Assembly: GCF_964188315.1 (NCBI RefSeq)
Contig: NC_135659.1
Location: 21,266,001-21,330,000, forward strand
DNA: 64,000 bases
Direction of reading: 5' to 3'
From: Podarcis muralis
Lineage: Eukaryota
This document shows, in pieces, positions 60,266-64,000 of this stretch. The notes under the pieces are model-generated. The model had not been told where the DNA came from, did not search any database, and saw only the letters and a list, made by a program, of their open reading frames with translations. The translations under genes and the position numbers were made by a program. The number at the start of each line of letters is the position of its first letter. The stretch's first letter is position 1.

Positions 60266-61468
60266 CAGTGGTTCCCAATTAGCTAATTACTAATTACTGA
60301 GAACCCCTGTTTTTCAAAAGCCAAGCCATGAACCCCCTACTTTTGAAAAAAAATTGATAACTATGTTAGTTACAGTAGTTCATTCTGTGAACCGCCCTGA
60401 GACGGTATATAAATTTAATTAATTCATAATAAAATAATAATACCTCTGCAAAGCAATTTTTGGAACAAAATGTGGGGTAGCCCCTAGTAAGCAAAAGATT
60501 TTAGGTATACTAAAAAGCAGACTTGGGTTGAGCGATATCTGGTTTTCAACATTGTGCTATATCGGCGGCTGAACATCATGATATTCCGATATATCACAGT
60601 GTCTGAAATTGGAGACTGGGGATGAGGGAAGGAGCAGTCAAGGAGATCAGGTGGTTGGGGGGAGGAGAGGAAGGGGAGTCATCTCCACCCCATGGTTTGA
60701 GTGGGAGGGGGTGCATCAAGCCACCGTCAGCAGGGCAGCCAGTGAAGATGCAAGTCCACTGTGGCTGTTGCGGCTTTCCTGCTGACTGAGAAAATCTGCT
60801 CCGCTTCAGTGCCAGGGGAAGGTAGTGCCCGGCTTGAAATGAGGGCGATCAGCTGCCCTGTTTTCCCTCAGCATGAGGGAAGGCAGCTTAGATCATCATG
60901 CGATTTTGGCGGTGCCTTGAAATTGCTCTCCCTCGCATGAGGAGCAATATATTGATTGCTAAAGGCAAAGGGACCTCTAACCGTTAGGTCCAGTCACGGA
61001 TGACTCTGGGGTTGCTGCACTCATCTTACTTTACTGGCTGAGGGAGCTGGTGTTTTATCCACAGACAGCTTTCAGGTCATGCGGCCATCATAACTAAGCT
61101 GCTTCTGGCGAACCAGAGCAGCGCACGGAAACACCGTTTACCTTCCCGCCGGAGCAGTACCTATTTATCTACTTGCACTTTGATGTGTTTTCGAACTGCT
61201 AGGTTGGCAGGAGCAGGGACCGAACAATGGGAGCTCACCCTGTCACGGGGATTCGAACCGCCAACCTTCTGATCAGATTTCAAAACCAATTTTGGCCAAT
61301 ATATTGAAAAACCACACAGTGCTAAAACAGATCATAAAACCTTTGATATCACCATGCAAAAATTAAAAAAAGATTAGCTTGGAGGGAGGGAAAGGATGGG
61401 GCTGCGGACCCCCTGAGTGCATTCCGCAGACGCCCAGGGGTCGCCAGACCCCTAATTGGGAAGCATTG
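60266..61468. mobile_element. hAT (Charlie-like) non-autonomous element with nested insertions
   Basis: TIRs CAGTGGTTCCCAATT / AATTGGGAAGCATTG; 8-bp TSD CCTTCGGA (60258-60265) vs CCTTAGGA (61469-61476), 7/8 match. Confidence 0.7.
60960..61276 (-). mobile_element. Sauria SINE lacking its first ~50 bp, nested in the hAT element
   Basis: aaaggcaaagggacctctaaccgttaggtccagtc ... ggggattcgaaccgccaaccttctgatcag; longer gtccacagacagc-type subfamily. Confidence 0.92.
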
Positions 61469-62579
61469 CCTTAGGACATTGTTGGAGTTCTTCAAAACAG
61501 AGCACTTGTTTGTTAATGCAAAGAAGATAAAAGCTGGTTCTCTCATACATGCATTGATGACAAGTGATGACCTGTACGTGTGAATGAACAATCGCAGATT
61601 AACTGCCTCACAGTGGTCTTTTGTTTCATTCGTTTCTACATTTCATTGGAGACCTTCACATGTTCAGCTAAGTGTTGCACAATCAATGACAGATGGCAAA
61701 TCTAGTAATTTACCTGCCAACCAGTCAGCTGCTAAAGATGCTCTTTAGGAGATGGAAAACATTATACATGTGTGTTCCTAGAGCGGGGTCCCAAAATGAA
61801 ACAGACCTACATTTTCCCTCACCACTGTTTGGAACAAGCATTGCTAGTTATCAAAAGCCAAGAGACACCTGTGTGCTTAACAAAAGTCCTCAGTATGTTC
61901 AGCCTCCCCTTCCCCTTCCATAAAGGAGAAGGAACATGCAGATCAGGCATTTGTGTGATTAGGCATCCGACTCTGCTCAGGTGAGATCTAGCTGCCTATT
62001 GGAGAAACTGCAAGGGGTGGGAGGTGATTTTGCTTGAGCACACCAAACCCTGTTAAATCAGACTAAAGGTTTATCTAGTCCAGATTCCTGTTTTCCATAG
62101 TAGCCAACCAGCTTATTTATGGTGGATACAAATCCTTTCAAGGAGAGACTTGCAGAAAACCTTTAAAGCTACAATAAATACAGTTAATGTAATATATCAG
62201 CTCCTCAAACACTATAAAACACATCAGGATAAAACCAGCAGAAATCATCCATAAAAGGTCTTGAGGGCATAATGGAGCTCCCAAGAGAGAGAGAGATATC
62301 CCCAACATCACCCCCCCCCAACCAAATTACAACATTAAGATGGAAGTCCAAAAGCAACATCCCTTTTCAGATATTGCAGGCTAAGAACTGGTACCATACT
62401 GGCTATCAGCACCTTTTGTGGTAATGCTTTCCATAAATCATTTGTTCTTTAAGGAAGCACTTCCTTTCACCCCTTCTGAACTTCCCGCTATTCAATTTCA
62501 TTAGATGGTGCAGAGTTTTAATATTATAAGAGAAAAGGGGGGAAAAAAAAAAACTTTTACCTCTATGTATGTTTCCTAA

Positions 62580-62942
62580 GGGGACGCAGGTGGCGCTGTG
62601 GATAAAAGCCTCAGCGCCTAGGGCTTGCCGATCGAAAGGTCGGCGGTTCGAATCCCTGCGGCGGGGTGCGCTCCCGCCGTTCGGTCCCAGCGCCTGCCAA
62701 CCTAGCAGTTCGAAAGCACCCCCGGGTGCAAGTAGATAAATAGGGACCGCTTACTAGCGGGAAGGTAAACGGCGTTTCCGTGTGCGGCTCTGGCTCGCCA
62801 GAGCAGTGATGTCACGCTGGCCACGTGACTCGGAAGTGTCTCTGGACAGCGCTGGCCCCCGGCCTCTTGAGTGAGATGGGCGCACAACCCTAGAGTCTGG
62901 CAAGACTGGCCCGTACGGGCAGGGGTACCTTTACCTTTACCT
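62580..62942 (+). mobile_element. Full-length young Sauria SINE, divergent subfamily, 12-bp TSD
   Basis: A box TGGCGCTGTGG (62591-62601), B box GGTTCGAATCC (62645-62655), (ACCTTT)n tail; TSD TATGTTTCCTAA at 62568-62579 and 62943-62954; many intact CpGs. Confidence 0.96.
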
Positions 62943-63716
62943 TATGTTTCCTAAACCATGCATAAATTTAGACACTTCTGTCATGCCTTCCTCATTACTT
63001 TCCTTTTCCCCCTAACCTAAAAAGGCCCAGACATTGTACCATTTCCTTGAAGGGAAGATGCTTCAGCCCACTGATGTTATTGGTTAAGCATTTCTAGACC
63101 CTTTCCAGCTCTACAGTGTCACTTTTAGAGATGTGGCAACCAGAACTGTGCACACTATTATGCAGCAGAAGTATGGCCGTTCCACAGATTTGCATTGGGC
63201 TATTGCACTACTGGTAGTTTCCCATTTGCTTTCTCAATTACTTCTGGCATTGAATTTGCATTTTTGGCGTTGACCCTTATAAGTATGTGACTATTGGCTC
63301 AGTCTTCAATTCAAAACATTTTTTCTCTTATGAAATATGTAGCCAAACACCTGTTAGCTTCAGATCAAGATGTTTATCCTATCAAAAACCAGATGATCAG
63401 AGCCTTGTAACATTAGCTGCCGTTCTTACGCTTGTACTGGTGAGAATATAAGTAGACAAACTTGTTTCTTATGCCCAGCAATATTCTGTTTTTGTATTGG
63501 TTCAAAGTTCAGTGGGCTTCTAATAAAGATACATGATGTTTTCCCCCCAAACAACTGGATGGGCATGGTTTTCTTAAGAAACTTTGAATTACTATTCTGA
63601 ATATCAGGTCAGTTCTTTTCCAGGCAAAGTCTCTAATGTTACTCAGAATCACAATATCATAACTCCCAAATCCCTACAGAAGTTGTTTCCCTCCCCATCC
63701 CGAGTGGACAAAATAG

Positions 63717-63720
<4 letters not shown>

Positions 63721-63780
<60 letters not shown>

Positions 63781-63783
63781 TGT
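63721..63783. repeat. (CT)n(GT)n compound microsatellite
   Basis: About 21 CT units then about 11 GT units. Confidence 0.95.
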
Positions 63784-64000
63784 AGCACATCTGTGTTACA
63801 TGCAGAATGCCCTGTAGGTTCCATTCTGTTATGAATGGCAATGTCTTCAGTCTTAGACCTTAGAGGGCCACTGTCACTTGGAATAGAAAGTTTGGGGCTA
63901 GATGGCCAATAGTCTAACCTGACATGAGGCAGCTTCATATATTAGTATGCTTAAAAGTTGTGTGTGTGGGGGTGTCAGGGACTGGGCAGAGGAGGAATGG

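Noticed and set aside
56566-64000. Search for the terminal NEK7 coding exon (LRQLV...)
   Set aside because: No matching sequence found; it lies beyond the window.
1-64000. CRISPR arrays, rRNA/tRNA genes, prokaryotic or viral operons
   Set aside because: None seen. The tRNA-like boxes belong to SINE heads, and dispersed repeats are eukaryotic TEs without repeat-spacer periodicity.

Overview
Vertebrate genomic DNA, most likely a lacertid lizard (inferred from Sauria SINEs of the Podarcis type). The window is almost entirely the NEK7 serine/threonine kinase gene on the + strand. Eight coding exons were read directly (13638-13694, 18185-18325, 30618-30680, 33702-33812, 45758-45866, 47776-47883, 50654-50748, 56452-56565). 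All have GT-AG boundaries and together give 266 in-frame codons; the non-coding first exon/promoter and the last coding exon are outside the window. The introns hold a young Rex1/Babar LINE, a decayed DIRS tyrosine-recombinase retrotransposon, CR1 and L2 fragments, five Sauria SINEs, Tc2-like, Tigger/pogo-like and hAT MITEs, microsatellites, five N-gaps and several homeodomain/POU/Sox motif clusters that look like developmental enhancers. I found no clearly new coding system. The most unusual observations are structural: a perfect 56-bp spacerless palindrome in a multi-hairpin MITE, two inverted SINEs 15 kb apart that share 53 bp of flank and bracket phase-0 exons 4-5, a Tc2/Tigger hybrid MITE, and several nested insertions. 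Repeat family names come from recognising sequence hallmarks, not from a database search.
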